From a virus (lineage: Duplodnaviria > Caudoviricetes), in the IMG/VR virus record IMGVR_UViG_3300043416_000201, positions 1 through 56,405 of that record: a DNA stretch of 56,405 nt, one strand, 5' to 3'. Under the pieces are notes generated by a model. That model made no database searches, was not told the DNA's origin, and worked only from the letters and a program-made list of their open reading frames with translations. Both the position numbers and the translations under genes were made by a program. Of this stretch, positions 54,922 to 56,405 are shown piece after piece. The stretch's first letter is position 1, and every line of letters starts with the position of its first letter.

Positions 54922-55152
54922 TCACGCTTCGCCTCTTGCTCGGATTGCTTCTGCACACTCCATAGAGGCAACATCCCACATAGACACATCGCTGTTAGCA
55001 ACATGAGGAGGCGCTGGCAAATCGTCGCACAACTTTGCACACGCCTCACGCTCATAAGCTACACCCATATCGAAGGCGTTACACATAGCGGTCACAGTGT
55101 TCTCGTTCACGCCTACGCTACGCAGGACTTGCACCATATCTTCTTTAGTCAT
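54922..55152 (-). CDS. Hypothetical protein (76 aa)
   Basis: EREACAKLC...CAEAIRARG motif; AAGGAG RBS. Confidence 0.75.
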   Translation of the reverse strand: MTKEDMVQVLRSVGVNENTVTAMCNAFDMGVAYEREACAKLCDDLPAPPHVANSDVSMWDVASMECAEAIRARGEA

Positions 55153-55292
55153 TCGTCTTCTCCTTCATATTGTTTTTGCAAGTATTCCCACACCTGTTCA
55201 GCATGGTCGATGTGCCATTCGAGTGCGGCTACGCTTTCGCCCGATGAGACTGTGGCTAGTAGCCACGCTGTTACAAAGTCTTTCTTAGTCAT
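55149..55292 (-). CDS. Hypothetical protein (47 aa)
   Basis: Read manually: MTKKDFVTAW...; GGAG RBS; ATGA overlap. Confidence 0.6.
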   Translation of the reverse strand: MTKKDFVTAWLLATVSSGESVAALEWHIDHAEQVWEYLQKQYEGEDE

Positions 55293-55392
55293 TTTGAAAC
55301 TCCATCCAGTAAATAAAACCAATCAGGACTACCCAAGTAACTCCTGCACCAAGCGCCATGAGCAGCGCCATGAGTAGTACGTTCTCGATCAT
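55285..55392 (-). CDS. Small membrane peptide (35 aa)
   Basis: MIENVLLMALLMALGAGVTWVVLIGFIYW; AAGGA RBS. Confidence 0.55.
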   Translation of the reverse strand: MIENVLLMALLMALGAGVTWVVLIGFIYWMEFQND

Positions 55393-55595
55393 GTTTGTTC
55401 CTTACTCACGAGGCTGATACGCATGAACAGAGCCCAACCAAACAACCCAGTACTGATAGCGTAGAACATGCGGTCGTCTCTACTCCACATGAACGGGTCG
55501 AAGTCAGCGCCCACGATTGCCATGAACGGGTACAACACCAGCGCCGCCACGATGAATGGTACGACGCACACAACGATTGCTCTAAGTTCTTTCAT
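55389..55595 (-). CDS. Small two-TM membrane protein (68 aa)
   Basis: AGGAG RBS; two hydrophobic helices. Confidence 0.65.
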   Translation of the reverse strand: MKELRAIVVCVVPFIVAALVLYPFMAIVGADFDPFMWSRDDRMFYAISTGLFGWALFMRISLVSKEQT

Positions 55596-55768
55596 GTGTT
55601 CACTCCTAAGTTTTTTGCTGCCCATTGCTGGAACATCTCGTCTGTCTGTTTGATCTTGCTAGGGTTCTTCGGCGGTGGCGGCACACGCTTCTTAGCCACG
55701 GGCTTGGGTTTCTCCGCTGGCTTGCTAGGCCATGGTGCGTTGGGTGCGAGGATGGTCTTATATGTCAT
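55592..55768 (-). CDS. Hypothetical P/K-rich protein (58 aa)
   Basis: GGAG RBS; LAPNAPWP. Confidence 0.65.
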   Translation of the reverse strand: MTYKTILAPNAPWPSKPAEKPKPVAKKRVPPPPKNPSKIKQTDEMFQQWAAKNLGVNT

Positions 55769-55956
55769 GTTGTTCTCCAAAGGTAAACCGCAACTACAAC
55801 CCACATAGCAACAGCAACCCAGAAGAACACCTTGTCTTGCCAGCGTTGCTCGGGTGGGAACCACCACTGCGCGTTCTCGATGTCGTTAGGGAACGCTTCC
55901 TTTGTGGTGCGTGGGTAGCACCGTGTCGTGGGCCATCCGTATTTCTTGTCGTGCAT
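55765..55956 (-). CDS. Small membrane protein (63 aa)
   Basis: GGAGG RBS; PTTRCYPRT..EAFP; C-terminal TM helix. Confidence 0.7.
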   Translation of the reverse strand: MHDKKYGWPTTRCYPRTTKEAFPNDIENAQWWFPPEQRWQDKVFFWVAVAMWVVVAVYLWRTT

Positions 55957-55957
55957 A

Positions 55958-56404
55958 TCAGCCTCCAAAGATTGTCTTGAGTAAATCATACAGAGCGCGT
56001 GCTTGCATGACGCTGAGCTTGTCAACTTCTTTCTGTGCGTCCCATGTGTGATTGATGATGAGCGAGTGTGTGACCTTGGGCTTGCTATCTTGAGGAGGTA
56101 GCGCGGCAATGCCAGCGGCGGGTTGCGCAGGTACTTCCACTTGCTTCGGCTTGGCGGTCTTAGGCTTACCTGCTTTGATCGGCACATACGCATTGGCTAC
56201 TGTGGTCAGTGCGCCGCTAATGTCTTGGTGGAATTGTTTCTGTCGTGTCATCTGATAGATCAGCGAACGAATCGTGTTGTGCTTGAACCCTTTCTTCGAC
56301 AGCATATCTGCATAGAACGATGGCTGTTGGTTGGGGAAGTCGCGCACTGCGTTGAATGTTTCGCGTGATGCGTTGTTGGTTGGTTTGAATTGGTGGCGTT
56401 TAGT
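55958..56404 (-). CDS. Hypothetical protein, possibly winged-helix; 5' truncated by window edge
   Basis: Frame open to the end of the window (TKRHQFKPTNNASRETFNAVRDFP...). Confidence 0.65.
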   Translation of the reverse strand, partial: TKRHQFKPTNNASRETFNAVRDFPNQQPSFYADMLSKKGFKHNTIRSLIYQMTRQKQFHQDISGALTTVANAYVPIKAGKPKTAKPKQVEVPAQPAAGIAALPPQDSKPKVTHSLIINHTWDAQKEVDKLSVMQARALYDLLKTIFGG

Positions 56405-56405
56405 T

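Larger units (their letters stand above)
1..56405. mobile_element. Tailed dsDNA bacteriophage genome (near-complete, podovirus-like; no integrase seen in window)
   Basis: Terminase, portal, capsid, tail, lysis, ejection and replication genes in phage-typical order; no host housekeeping genes; no tape-measure or sheath gene recognised. Confidence 0.95.

Noticed and set aside
1-56405. Complete circular genome or terminal repeats
   Set aside because: No shared end sequence, and joining the ends does not give a plausible start for the truncated ORF at the right edge; part of the genome is probably missing

Overview
The window is most of a ~56 kb dsDNA tailed phage genome (podovirus-like, resembling uncultured freshwater Caudoviricetes; a betaproteobacterial host is only a guess). 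It has three blocks. (1) 1-2.7 kb: leftward small early genes with four copies of a 17-bp palindrome and a 279-bp element bounded by 19-bp inverted repeats. (2) 3.3-39.7 kb: rightward virion and lysis genes (TerS/TerL, portal, GroES-like co-chaperonin, scaffold, major capsid, tail and fibre proteins, holin, GH19 endolysin, ejection proteins including a 2248-aa LPD38-like protein). (3) 39.6-56.4 kb: leftward replication genes (primase-helicase, SSB-like, SNF2 helicase, PD-(D/E)XK nuclease, family A DNA polymerase, VRR-NUC) and small ORFs. There are about eight HNH or GIY-YIG endonuclease ORFs. The standout is a 298-aa intein in PolA motif B with intact splicing motifs. Its ~200-aa middle is featureless in frame, but the same DNA in the -1 frame on the same strand encodes a complete Zn-finger/HNH homing endonuclease, so this is a dual-coding intein with an out-of-frame nested endonuclease. 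Three candidate structured RNAs and a recurrent [M/F/Y]-x-x-GG motif in virion proteins also stand out. All calls come from reading motifs by eye; no database searches were run.
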